In this document: positions 27,398 through 36,762 of the stretch, piece after piece
Layout: every line of letters begins with the position of its first letter
How positions within the stretch are numbered: position 1 is the first letter of the stretch
Assembly: GCA_036160375.1 (NCBI GenBank)
Contig: JAYYDY010000063.1
Location: 1-44,027 of the forward strand
Source of the DNA: Thermoplasmatota archaeon
GTDB taxonomy: Archaea; Thermoplasmatota; Poseidoniia; Poseidoniales; Poseidoniaceae
DNA length: 44,027 nucleotides
Direction: 5' to 3'
The notes under the pieces: generated by a model
Database searches by the model: none
What the model was told of the DNA's origin: nothing
What the model saw: the letters and a program-made list of their open reading frames with translations, nothing else
Program-made: the position numbers and the translations under genes

Positions 27398-28834
27398 ATG
27401 GCCGATGAACAGATGTGGATTGCAGGTGCATGGTGTGACGCCGAGAAGAACGAAACCAGCGATGTCATCAACCCTGCGACCGGTGAAGTCATGGCCACCG
27501 TACCCAAGGCCACCGTGGGCGACGTGGACCGTTGCGTCGCCGCTTCACGAGACGCTCTCAACAACGCGGACTGGAAAGCCATGGACCCCGCTCAGCGTGG
27601 ACGTATTCTCAACAAGATGGCGGCCGTCACTTACGGCAAAGCAAAGGAACTCGCCGTCATTGAATCTTCGAACAACGGCAAGACGTTCAGGGAAGCCCTC
27701 TCTGAAATTCGCTACGGTGCATGGACGCTGGAGTATTTTGCCGGTCTGGCCGATAAGATCGAAGGCACCACGATTCCCGTTCCCGGTCCTCGTCTCAACT
27801 ACACCCTCCGCCAGCCGCTTGGGGTCACCGCCCACATCGTGCCCTGGAACTTCCCGCTCCAGCTTGCACTCCGCTCCATCGCACCCGCCCTCGCCGCAGG
27901 GTGCACGGTCATCGCCAAGCCTGCTTCCTGGACGCCCTTGTCCCTGCTCGCCTGGGCGAAAGCCGTCGACGAGGCCGACACCGGCCTGCCATCCGGCGTG
28001 CTGCAGGTCCTGACCGGCTCGGGTGCGCTAGCGGGTGATGCCCTTGCGGGACACGCTGGCGTGGACGGTGTGGTGTTGACCGGTGGTGTGCCCACGGGAC
28101 AAGCCGTGATGGCCAAAGCCAGCGAGCAACTGACGCCTGTCACCCTTGAACTCGGTGGTAAGGGCGCGAACATCGTCTTCCCCGACGCCAACCTCCGCTA
28201 CGCTGCGAAAGCTATCTGCTTTGGAATCTTCATGAACGCCGGCCAGATGTGCTGGGCTGGTTCTCGACTGCTGGTGCACGAGGACGTTCACGACGACCTT
28301 GTGGAAGCCGTGTGCGCCGAGGTGGCCAAGTGGCCCGTCGGCCCGGGCATGGAAGAAGGGGTTCGGATGGGGAGTCTTGTCCACGAGCGTCACCGAACTG
28401 AGGTGCTCGATAAACTCGAGGCCGGTTTGAAGGAAGGCGGCGAGCTGGTGTTGGGCGGGAAGCCGCTTGACCGAGACGGGGCGTTCATGGAAGCGACCGT
28501 CGTCACCGGTGTGGACCGTTCTCACCTGCTGTTCCAGGACGAACTCTTCGGGCCCGTGCTGGCCGTCACCTCCTTTTCCACGGATGAAGAAGCCCTTGAA
28601 TTGGCCAACGACACGCCGTTTGGCTTGCTGAACGGCGTCTGGACCAACAACCTCAGTCGAGCCCACAGTTTTGCTCGCGACCTTGAGTGCGGCATGGTTT
28701 CCATCAACGAATACCCCATCACGTTCCCGCAGACGGCCTTCACGGGTTGGAAGCACTCGGGCATTGGTGTAGAACAGAGCCAAGATGCGCTCCGCTTCTA
28801 CACGAAGGTCAAGAACGTGAACGTCAAGTTGTGA
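27398..28834 (+). CDS. NAD(P)-dependent aldehyde dehydrogenase
   Basis: INPATG, PWNFP, LELGGK, GQMC (catalytic Cys) and ELFGPV motifs. Confidence 0.95.
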   Translation: MADEQMWIAGAWCDAEKNETSDVINPATGEVMATVPKATVGDVDRCVAASRDALNNADWKAMDPAQRGRILNKMAAVTYGKAKELAVIESSNNGKTFREALSEIRYGAWTLEYFAGLADKIEGTTIPVPGPRLNYTLRQPLGVTAHIVPWNFPLQLALRSIAPALAAGCTVIAKPASWTPLSLLAWAKAVDEADTGLPSGVLQVLTGSGALAGDALAGHAGVDGVVLTGGVPTGQAVMAKASEQLTPVTLELGGKGANIVFPDANLRYAAKAICFGIFMNAGQMCWAGSRLLVHEDVHDDLVEAVCAEVAKWPVGPGMEEGVRMGSLVHERHRTEVLDKLEAGLKEGGELVLGGKPLDRDGAFMEATVVTGVDRSHLLFQDELFGPVLAVTSFSTDEEALELANDTPFGLLNGVWTNNLSRAHSFARDLECGMVSINEYPITFPQTAFTGWKHSGIGVEQSQDALRFYTKVKNVNVKL

Positions 28835-28838
28835 GTGG

Positions 28839-29624
28839 ATGTCCATGGCGGTTGAAGTTGCTCAACAAGGCGCTGTTCGCATCATCAAAATGGCCGGTCA
28901 GGCCTCGACGCAGTCGTTTTCGATGGCGTTCTTGCCCACGATTGCAGAGGCGATTGATGCTGGTTTGAAGGACAGCGCCACGAAAGCCATCGTGCTCACG
29001 GGCGACGGTCGTTTCTTTTCCGCCGGGGCCGACATCAACGCCTTTCAAGAAGCGATTGACAACAACTCGGCTCCCGAACTCATCCGCAACTTGACCGGAG
29101 TGCTCCACCCGCTGCTGACCCGCATCCGTACCTCCTCGACCATTGTCGTAGCGGCCCTCAACGGTGTGTCAGCCGGCGGCGGCTTGGGTTTGGCTTTGGC
29201 GTGCGATGCTCGAGTCGGAACGTCTGATGCCCGTATGGCTGCGTCCTACGCCGGCATGGGGCTCTCACCGGACGGCGGGACGACCTGGCTTTTGCCGCGA
29301 TTGGTTGGCGAACAACGAGCACGTCGATTCTTCATGAGCAACGAAATTTGGACGGGCGAAGAGGCTCACGAATACGGCGCCATTGACGTGCTGGTGGACC
29401 CTGCATCTTTGCTCGAGACGGCCACAGGGCTGGCCACGATGTGGTCGTCGTGGGGTCCACACACCAAAGAAGCAACCAAGCACCTCCTCCATGTTCAAAC
29501 CGACAACGATTTCTCAACGCATCTCGATCACGAACGGACGCTCATTGAAGCGGCCGGCACCACGGAGGCGTTCAAAGAAGGCGTGGCCGCCTTCCTCGAG
29601 AAGCGCCGCCCGTCCTTTGAATGA
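28839..29624 (+). CDS. Crotonase-family isomerase, PaaG-like
   Basis: FSAGAD, AGGGLGLALACD without the hydratase Glu, GLSPDGG Asp motif, EGVAAFLEKR.P.F. Confidence 0.75.
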   Translation: MSMAVEVAQQGAVRIIKMAGQASTQSFSMAFLPTIAEAIDAGLKDSATKAIVLTGDGRFFSAGADINAFQEAIDNNSAPELIRNLTGVLHPLLTRIRTSSTIVVAALNGVSAGGGLGLALACDARVGTSDARMAASYAGMGLSPDGGTTWLLPRLVGEQRARRFFMSNEIWTGEEAHEYGAIDVLVDPASLLETATGLATMWSSWGPHTKEATKHLLHVQTDNDFSTHLDHERTLIEAAGTTEAFKEGVAAFLEKRRPSFE

Positions 29625-29625
29625 C

Positions 29626-30552
29626 TCATTGGATTTGGAACTGGTACTGCTTGGCGGGTTTCTTTCCGCCCAAGCGAGTCAGCCCGATGATGAGTGCGAT
29701 GAGCCCACCGCATGCAGAGCAGCAACCCGCACCAAACGAAACGACCGAAATGCCCGACTTTGTGAGCAACTCCTCTACGAATCCAGATTCGATGTACATG
29801 GCGTCAAGGTCAACCACGGACATGTTGATGCCAGCATCGTTGGACACCGTCAACAGCTCACCTTCTTCGCAATCGTGTTCAGTGTCACCAACTTCATCTT
29901 CGATGGTGTAGCAAATTCGTGCCACGATGATGTGGTCTTCAATGTCAAAGTACTGTTCGTACAGGTTGGTGTCGCTCGCCTCTCTGTCCGTTGAACACGA
30001 GATTCTTGCCGTACGTTCGCTGGCATCATCGCCCGTTTCATCCAAGACAGAAAAGGTCACATCTTCGCAAGCGTCGATGATACCGTCGTTGTTTTCATCG
30101 GCCTTCGGGTCGCCAGGAATCAGAAGGTACCAACCCTCCTCACCCATGCCATCTTCGTCGTCGTGCGTGAGTTCACCGCTGTCCCCAATGGACGTGGTGT
30201 AGTCAACGGTGGAGAGTTTGTTGAACGTGTCTTCAATCGAAGCGCCCACCGCAATGCCGATACCAAATCCAACCAGTCCGATGACCACCAAAACAGCGGC
30301 GATGATCATGGGGACTTTGGGCCCATTCCCTTCATCCCCGATGGTGATGTTCTGTGTCGCCATGCCTGGCTGGTAGCCAGCGGCGACCATGTCGGGTGTG
30401 ATCTGTTGTTGGAGCACGGGGCTCGGGCCTTCGATATCCGCTGAAGTGGCATCTCCCGAAGGTTCCGCTGGCTCGCCATCCGGTTCATTTCCACCAGCAT
30501 CGTTACTCGCACCCATCATGGCGCCCCAAGGAGTGGGGTTGGTTTCGTCCAT
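29626..30552 (-). CDS. Hypothetical two-TM protein with an acidic Cys-containing extracytoplasmic domain
   Basis: Two hydrophobic helices flanking a D/E-rich domain that contains DENNDGIID. Confidence 0.7.
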   Translation of the reverse strand: MDETNPTPWGAMMGASNDAGGNEPDGEPAEPSGDATSADIEGPSPVLQQQITPDMVAAGYQPGMATQNITIGDEGNGPKVPMIIAAVLVVIGLVGFGIGIAVGASIEDTFNKLSTVDYTTSIGDSGELTHDDEDGMGEEGWYLLIPGDPKADENNDGIIDACEDVTFSVLDETGDDASERTARISCSTDREASDTNLYEQYFDIEDHIIVARICYTIEDEVGDTEHDCEEGELLTVSNDAGINMSVVDLDAMYIESGFVEELLTKSGISVVSFGAGCCSACGGLIALIIGLTRLGGKKPAKQYQFQIQ

Positions 30553-30600
30553 GGAATTTCCACGGTCCCTTGCTCAATAAATCAGTGGGTGAAGCAGGGC

Positions 30601-31485
30601 TTACTCAAGGCTGGTTTCTTCAGCCTGTCCGCTTGACCAATCGTAGATGCCTTTGCCGGATTTCTTGCCGAGGCGACCTTCAGCGACCAAGCGCTCAAGC
30701 AGTGGGTGAGGGGCGTAGGCATTGTCGTTGAACGAGCGCTGGAGGTTGAGCAAAATATCACGCCGGACATCGAGACCCACCAAGTCGGTCAAGGCCAAGG
30801 GCCCCATCGGGTGCTTGTAGCCCAGCACCATGGCGGTGTCAATGTCCCTGGCGCTGGCCACGCCGTCGGCCAGCATGCGGATGGCTTCGTTGCCGAGCAC
30901 CACGCCCAAGCGGCTGGTGGCAAACCCGGGGACGTCCTTGACGAGAATGGTGGTCTTGCCCATGGCTTCGCCGGCTGCTTGAGCGATGGCAATCGTCCCC
31001 TCAGCGGTCTGATCATGACGGACCAGTTCGAGCAGTTTCATGATGGGAACGGGATTGAAGAAATGCATGCCAATGACCTGCGCTGGCCGAGACGTAGCAG
31101 CGGCGATGTCGGCGATGGAAAGCGAGGAGGTGTTGGTGCCGAGCACGGCGTGAGCGGGGGCGAGTTCGTCGAGTTGTGCGAAGATGCTGTGCTTCAAGTC
31201 AGGGATTTCTGGCACGGCCTCAATCACGAGGTCGGCCTGACCCACCGCCGCAGCGAGGTCGCCAACAGCAGTCAAGTTGGCCGACCATGCGTCTCGCTGC
31301 GCGGGGGTGGTTTTGCCTCGAGCGATGCCCTTCTCCCAGAAGGCTGCGATGCGCTCCATGCCACGTTCAAGCCCCTCGGGGAAGGCATCGTAGAGGTTGG
31401 TTTGCCAGCCGGCTTGGGCGCACACTTGAGCGATACCGGCGCCCATCGTTCCAGCGCCGACCACGGCCACGCATTGAATGGTCAT
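30601..31485 (-). CDS. 3-hydroxyacyl-CoA dehydrogenase (PaaH/Hbd-like)
   Basis: GAGTMG.GIA, IEAVPE, NTSSL, GMHFFNP, HPMGP and GRLGKKSGKG.Y motifs. Confidence 0.93.
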   Translation of the reverse strand: MTIQCVAVVGAGTMGAGIAQVCAQAGWQTNLYDAFPEGLERGMERIAAFWEKGIARGKTTPAQRDAWSANLTAVGDLAAAVGQADLVIEAVPEIPDLKHSIFAQLDELAPAHAVLGTNTSSLSIADIAAATSRPAQVIGMHFFNPVPIMKLLELVRHDQTAEGTIAIAQAAGEAMGKTTILVKDVPGFATSRLGVVLGNEAIRMLADGVASARDIDTAMVLGYKHPMGPLALTDLVGLDVRRDILLNLQRSFNDNAYAPHPLLERLVAEGRLGKKSGKGIYDWSSGQAEETSLE

Positions 31486-31507
31486 GGTCCTTGCAGGGAG
31501 AGGCCCT

Positions 31508-32431
31508 TCATGATGCTTGCTCGTTGGTTCTCTGTTTGGATTGGGCCAAGGTGACGCCGCCGACAATCAGCGCAAAGGCCACGACCAGTGAAGTTCCGAG
31601 TTGTTCGTCGAGCAGCAGCCACCCGCCGAGGATGCCGAACGGCGGAACGAGATAGACGTAGAAGGCTGCTGGACCTGCACCGATGATGCGGATGCCGTCA
31701 GCGAACCAGACATAGGACACGACCGTGGAAAAGACGGCAAGGAACACGATGCCTACCCAAGCCTCCACGCTCGGGAACGTCCATGCTGCTCCCACTGCCT
31801 CAATCCCAGCCCAGGGCGTGAGAATGAACAAACCAACCACGGAGGACCAGACCGTCAGGTGAAGCGGGCTCAGGGGTGCCAGCGCATCCTCCGGTGTATC
31901 GGTCATGACGCGCTTCATGATGATCGTCGACATGGCCCAAGCAAAGGCAGAGCCGGCGATGAAGGCGTTTCCAATCCACCGGTCGACCGCAGGAATATCC
32001 GTGTTGGGCGAAGCAAAAAACAGCACAGCAATCCCGGCCACGGCAAGGGCCAAGCCCCCGAGAAGCCGCCAGGTCATGCGTTCGTCGAGGAGCAGCACGG
32101 CAAGAAAAGCCGTAAAGAGCGGATTGAAGGTGATCATCAGCGAAGCGTCACCGGCGGCCGTGTAGCCCATGCCGAACATGAACAATACCTGGTACATGAA
32201 CGTCGAAAACAAGCCGATAAGCGCCACCTGCTTCCACTGTGAGCGTGAAGGCATGATCCACTGTGAAGACCACTTGAGGTAGGCCAGAAACAAGGCAACG
32301 ACCATGACGTAACGAATCCATGCTGCGCCAATGGGCGGTAATTCCGTAGCGACCACACGACCCGCAGGCCAACCAAAACCCCAGATGGCAGCGACGATGA
32401 CCAATTTCGCATGAACACTGGCATTGTTCAT
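31508..32431 (-). CDS. DMT/EamA family transporter
   Basis: About 10 TM in two EamA repeats (IWG, P.FT, L.E). Confidence 0.88.
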   Translation of the reverse strand: MNNASVHAKLVIVAAIWGFGWPAGRVVATELPPIGAAWIRYVMVVALFLAYLKWSSQWIMPSRSQWKQVALIGLFSTFMYQVLFMFGMGYTAAGDASLMITFNPLFTAFLAVLLLDERMTWRLLGGLALAVAGIAVLFFASPNTDIPAVDRWIGNAFIAGSAFAWAMSTIIMKRVMTDTPEDALAPLSPLHLTVWSSVVGLFILTPWAGIEAVGAAWTFPSVEAWVGIVFLAVFSTVVSYVWFADGIRIIGAGPAAFYVYLVPPFGILGGWLLLDEQLGTSLVVAFALIVGGVTLAQSKQRTNEQAS

Positions 32432-32964
32432 TCAAATCGCTCCAGGCCCAACTGCAGCATCCGGGTTCGGGGGAGGCCGATTTCCGGAAGTCCTGCGGCT
32501 GGGGCGTGGAGCTTGAGACCTTCAATCCTGTTCACGTACAAGCCATAGCTGGCGATGTCGTCGGGTTTGTACGGGGTGTCGAGGCCCATCTTTTGCAGTG
32601 TTTGGCACGCTTTTTCGGAGTAGATGGGGAACAGATTGGTGGAGAAGTGCATCCATTCAGAGATTCGCTGGGCGTCAACGCCATCGAGGGTCATGAGGTG
32701 CTCAAGCAACGAGACATCGGGGTAGTTGGTGGTTCGAAGCACCATCTCCACTTCGTTCACGATGTCCTCGGGCCAAGCGAATGGAACACGTTCAGCCCAC
32801 TGGTCTGCGATGCTGATGTGCTCGATGGATTGCTCCGCTTGAACGGCGTACAGCGATTCGATGTACGATCGGTCTTCGTAGGCGTCGGTGACAAGACCGG
32901 GGAGGTCTTCGAAGAAGCGTTCACACATTTCGGCGTCGACACCGTAGAGGGCGACGGGGATCAT
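32428..32964 (-). CDS. Hypothetical protein in the boxB operon (HhH-like motif)
   Basis: Sits between boxB and the EamA gene with an ATGA overlap. Contains LMTLDGVDAQRIS...FPIYS. Confidence 0.7.
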   Translation of the reverse strand: MIPVALYGVDAEMCERFFEDLPGLVTDAYEDRSYIESLYAVQAEQSIEHISIADQWAERVPFAWPEDIVNEVEMVLRTTNYPDVSLLEHLMTLDGVDAQRISEWMHFSTNLFPIYSEKACQTLQKMGLDTPYKPDDIASYGLYVNRIEGLKLHAPAAGLPEIGLPRTRMLQLGLERFE

Positions 32965-32982
32965 CAACGATCACTCCGGTGT

Positions 32983-34143
32983 TCAGGCACTTGCGCCAAT
33001 GCCTGAGGCGATTTGGCGAGCGGTCATGGGCTTCTCAGCCACCCATTGTTGCTTGAAGAGTTCCTTGAGGTCTTCTTCGTCTTGGGCGGTGGGGAGGTGG
33101 GCGGCCATGTAGGCATCCCACTCGTCGTCGGAGCCTTCGAACAGGGTACCTTCAACGGTGTAGCGCTGGCGCTTGAAGTGGCCGATTTCACGGTGGAAGT
33201 TCTCGTGAGGGACATAGAGGTCGGCAGCACCTTCGGGGAGGTAGCCACAGAGTTTCTTGACCTCAGCCACGATCTCTTCGTGGTAGTGCTGGCGAGCTTC
33301 TTCGTTCAGGGTCTCCTTGGACACTTCTACGTCGCCCTCGAGTTTCTTGCGTTCGTCCCAGCGTCCTTTGATGCCCCAGACGTAGGCCCAGTGGGCGGAG
33401 GAGGATTCGTCAACACCGAACAGGTCGTGAGCGGTGGACACCCACTTGTTGATGTAGCGCTGAAGCATGTCCAGGGGAATCACGCCGGCCTTGATGATGC
33501 GGCGCAGACCGTTTGAACCGGTGCCCAGGTGGAAGGACTCTTCCTTGAGCATGGGGCCCATGCTGGCAGCGAGTGGCTTGAACGCCGAGGTGGAGAGCAT
33601 GCCGAGTTGGAACTTGCCGTCTCGGTCCACGAACATCGTGTAGCAGAAGAAGTCCAGCCAGTGAGGCATGGGGCGGTTGAAGGCCCCGAGAAGGCGGTCG
33701 CCGTCCTGAGCGTTGCGCTCGAGGAGTTTTTGCGCCTCACGTCGTCCTTGCTGACCGAAATAGGTCATGAGCAGGTAGGCCATCTGCCAACCGTGTCGCT
33801 GCTCCTCTGCCATGATGCGGGCCGCTGCGTAGCGGTCGTAATCGGTTGGTGCGGTGGCGAGGAGGTGGCGCTGCTGCTCAACGGAGGCGAATTCGGTGTC
33901 GCCCTGAACGGTGATCATGCTCACGAGTGCGTCTCGCATGCTCTGGTGGGGAACTTGGAGAGATCGCTCCCACTTGGCTCGTCCGGCGTAGTCACCAAAC
34001 TCGATGACGTCGCCTGCACGCTCCCAGTCAAACTGGATGGACAGGTCAAAGTCGCCCATCCACTCGCGGTCGTAGCCGACGTTGTCTTGCCATGCTTTGA
34101 AGTTCTCAATCCAGTCATCCCAGGTCTTCGGTAGGTTGTCCAT
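32983..34143 (-). CDS. boxB: BoxB-like diiron aromatic-CoA epoxidase (PaaA/PaaC ferritin-like family)
   Basis: QGDTE.ASVEQQR, EEQRH, DRDGKFQL and EESFH match the BoxB signature and diiron ligands. Confidence 0.82.
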   Translation of the reverse strand: MDNLPKTWDDWIENFKAWQDNVGYDREWMGDFDLSIQFDWERAGDVIEFGDYAGRAKWERSLQVPHQSMRDALVSMITVQGDTEFASVEQQRHLLATAPTDYDRYAAARIMAEEQRHGWQMAYLLMTYFGQQGRREAQKLLERNAQDGDRLLGAFNRPMPHWLDFFCYTMFVDRDGKFQLGMLSTSAFKPLAASMGPMLKEESFHLGTGSNGLRRIIKAGVIPLDMLQRYINKWVSTAHDLFGVDESSSAHWAYVWGIKGRWDERKKLEGDVEVSKETLNEEARQHYHEEIVAEVKKLCGYLPEGAADLYVPHENFHREIGHFKRQRYTVEGTLFEGSDDEWDAYMAAHLPTAQDEEDLKELFKQQWVAEKPMTARQIASGIGASA

Positions 34144-34178
34144 GTGGCTAGGTGGACGGGGACCTCCTTATACCCTTT

Positions 34179-34206
34179 ACGAACATGTTCGTGCGAACAT
34201 GTTAGC
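34179..34206. promoter_or_regulatory. Tandem 14-bp palindromic operator upstream of the boxB TATA box
   Basis: ACGAACATGTTCGT (34179-34192, perfect) abuts GCGAACATGTTAGC (34193-34206, one mismatched pair). Minus-strand AAAGGGTATAAG is adjacent. Confidence 0.7.
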
Positions 34207-34825
34207 CACTTTGGCGACGGATCTCTTCGGTGAAGGCATGAAAGACGGCCGATTCAATGCGTTGGAGTTGATTCGAGAGCGTGGATTTGGCGACGTTGAG
34301 CAGGCCAGCGAGCTCGGTGAGGTTGATGCGGCGAGGGACGTCCCAATAGCCCTCACGAGAGGCGACTTCAAACACCTCTCGCTGGCGCGGTGTCAGCAAT
34401 CGAGCGCCCGTGCTTCGGGTCGAGAGGAGTCGGTGGGGAATCTCATCGCTTCTGAACCGGTCGATCAGAGCCCTCATGGTTTCTCGCGTACCCTCAACCG
34501 TCCATTCAACCCAGCCGTCTCGAACTTCGAACGGTGTTCGCGGCACGACGCCAAGGTCAACCAGCGGTCGGAGGAATCCGCCTCCACCCGCCGAGATGTT
34601 GACCGAAAAACGCCCGTCTTCCGGTTCGCTGCATTCGTCGATGCCACCGTGGGCCAGCACGGTGGCGTGGATGGCTTCGTTGCTCCAACAACGAGCCGTG
34701 CCGCGCCCTTTGCTCAGCGGCATGTGTTGTTCGATGCGAAGCGTTGCTGAAGGATGCTCCCGAGTCACGTCGCCGGCCCAGTGGCCTTGAGGGAGGCGTA
34801 CATCGATTCGCAGCTGTTGAGCCAT
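34202..34825 (-). CDS. Bat-type (HTH_10) transcriptional regulator
   Basis: C-terminal LTPRQREV...A...GYWDVPRRINLTELA..L.VAKSTLS..L.R.E. Confidence 0.9.
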   Translation of the reverse strand: MAQQLRIDVRLPQGHWAGDVTREHPSATLRIEQHMPLSKGRGTARCWSNEAIHATVLAHGGIDECSEPEDGRFSVNISAGGGGFLRPLVDLGVVPRTPFEVRDGWVEWTVEGTRETMRALIDRFRSDEIPHRLLSTRSTGARLLTPRQREVFEVASREGYWDVPRRINLTELAGLLNVAKSTLSNQLQRIESAVFHAFTEEIRRQSG

Positions 34826-34842
34826 GGTTGCGCCTCGGTAAA

Positions 34843-35823
34843 TCACAGGGGTCGTCGTTGCTCAGACCTCACCACGGTGTTCTTGGCGACGTCAATGAGC
34901 TCGTTGTAGGTGGTGGTGTGGGTGGCGTCCACCTTGACGCCCGGCAGGTAGCCGTCGCAAACGCCAGCGGCAGCGAAAATGGCGTCCTCACTCTGACAGA
35001 GGTCGTGGGCCTTCCAAAGGCGGGTCAAGTCGTCGCCGACCATGGTCCCCGCACGCGCTTCTTCCTCGGGCGAACGGAACACGAGTCGTCCCTCAAACAT
35101 CCCACCAACGCCGCGGATGGCCGTGGCTGAAATGACGCCTTCAGGCGCGGCACCGATGCCCATGAGCATGTCGTACGGACCGTCGTCCTTCGCAGCCCAA
35201 ATGGCACCCGAAACATCACCGTCGCTCAGCAAGTGAAGTTGGGCGCCAGCGTCTCGAATCTCCTTGAACAACCCCGCATGACGCTCACGGTCAAGGGCCA
35301 CGATGCGAACATCACCCGCCTCGCAGTCAAGGACGTGCATGGCCTGCTCAATGTTGTAGGCCACACCACCGTCGAGCGCCACGTGGTCCGCAAGGGCGGG
35401 GCCAGCGGCGAGTTTGTCCATGTAGCAGTCGGGAGCGTGAAGCAAGGTCCCGCGGGGGGCTGCTGCCAGCACGGCAATGGAATTTGGAAGATTGTCAGCG
35501 CAGTTGTTGGTGCACTCAAGCGGGTCAACGGCGATGTCGATTTGCGGGGCGCCAGCCTGACCTACCATCGAGCCAAGTTCTTCGCCAATGTACAGCATGG
35601 GGGCATCGTCTCGCTCCCCTTCGCCGATGGCCACTCGTCCATCAAACGGCACGGCGTCGAAGGTGCGCCGCATGGCTTCAACGGCAGCGTCGTCAGCAGC
35701 GTTCTTGTCGCCCTTTCCTCGCCAGGCTGCGGAGGCGATGGCTGCTTGGTCGACGGCTTCGACAAAGTGGTGTGCAAGGTCGCCAATGATGCCCATAACT
35801 GGTTGGACTCGCGGGAACGCCAT
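34843..35823 (-). CDS. glpX: Class II fructose-1,6-bisphosphatase
   Basis: GDKNAAD.AAV, IGEGERD.APML, DIAVDPLE.T, YMDK, DGDV and APEGV motifs. Confidence 0.93.
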   Translation of the reverse strand: MAFPRVQPVMGIIGDLAHHFVEAVDQAAIASAAWRGKGDKNAADDAAVEAMRRTFDAVPFDGRVAIGEGERDDAPMLYIGEELGSMVGQAGAPQIDIAVDPLECTNNCADNLPNSIAVLAAAPRGTLLHAPDCYMDKLAAGPALADHVALDGGVAYNIEQAMHVLDCEAGDVRIVALDRERHAGLFKEIRDAGAQLHLLSDGDVSGAIWAAKDDGPYDMLMGIGAAPEGVISATAIRGVGGMFEGRLVFRSPEEEARAGTMVGDDLTRLWKAHDLCQSEDAIFAAAGVCDGYLPGVKVDATHTTTYNELIDVAKNTVVRSEQRRPL

Positions 35824-35835
35824 CAAGTCAACGGT

Positions 35836-36288
35836 TCAGTTTCCCTTGAATTTCTCGACGACTTCAAGGTCGGTGATGCGGGCAACAGGGTACTGACCAT
35901 CGTCGTTCTTCTCAAGGGATTTTACCATGTCAAAAGCGCACAGAAGGCCAGCAGCGACGCCGGTGAGCGCCTCCATTTCGATGCCTGTTTTGTAGTGGGC
36001 GCTGACCGTGACGGAGCACCACAAACCGGTGCCCTCCCACGACCAGTCCACGGTGGTTCCCTCGAGAGGAATGGGGTGGCAATGAGGGATGATACGAGGG
36101 GTGTCCTTGACGGCTTGAATGGCGGCGATCGTCGAAGCCTCAAGAACGTCGCCTTTCTTGATTTCACCCGAGACGACGGCGTCCTTTGTGGCTTGGCTGA
36201 ACAGCACCCGTCCACGAGCGGTTGCTCGTCGCTCAACCACAGGCTTCTGTCCGATGTTGATGATGCCTTCAATGGATTTCTCGCTCAA
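35836..36288 (-). CDS. moaC: Cyclic pyranopterin monophosphate synthase
   Basis: KKGDVL, IPHCHP, TG.EMEALT and DMVK motifs. Probable TTG start at 36288 overlaps the moaE stop and follows GGAGG. Confidence 0.9.
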   Translation of the reverse strand: MSEKSIEGIINIGQKPVVERRATARGRVLFSQATKDAVVSGEIKKGDVLEASTIAAIQAVKDTPRIIPHCHPIPLEGTTVDWSWEGTGLWCSVTVSAHYKTGIEMEALTGVAAGLLCAFDMVKSLEKNDDGQYPVARITDLEVVEKFKGN

Positions 36289-36710
36289 CCCAATCCCTCC
36301 TTCCAGGTCTCCCCTTCGGTGGTGACTTCTTTCTTCCATATGGGTGCTTGCTTCTTCAATTCATCAATGAGCCATTCGCATGCCTGAAAGGCTTCCTTAC
36401 GATGCGGACTGCCCACATGAATGGCGACGATGGGTTCCTGCGGCCCCACCGAGCCGGTCCGGTGAGCCATGGCCACCGACAGCACGCCAAATTCACGGGT
36501 GGCTTCCTCCGCAAGGCGGTGGAGGACGGGCGTTAATCGGTCCTGCCACGCATCGAATTCCAACCTCAGGACATCAGCCTCACCCTCTGTTTCTCGTGTC
36601 AAGCCGACAAAGGAGACGACGGCGCCGCACCCCTCAGTGTTCATCTTGGCACGAAGGGCGTCGGGCAGAAGGGCATCGGGCGCTTCTTCCACGAGGATGT
36701 GCACCGTCAT
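36285..36710 (-). CDS. moaE: Molybdopterin synthase catalytic subunit
   Basis: GAVVSF.G..R, HR.G, HR.EAF.AC and K..APIWKKE motifs. Confidence 0.93.
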   Translation of the reverse strand: MTVHILVEEAPDALLPDALRAKMNTEGCGAVVSFVGLTRETEGEADVLRLEFDAWQDRLTPVLHRLAEEATREFGVLSVAMAHRTGSVGPQEPIVAIHVGSPHRKEAFQACEWLIDELKKQAPIWKKEVTTEGETWKEGLG

Positions 36711-36762
36711 GGTCCGAACGAAGGGAGGGCATCATTCAAACCTCACGCCTCCATGGCAAGCC

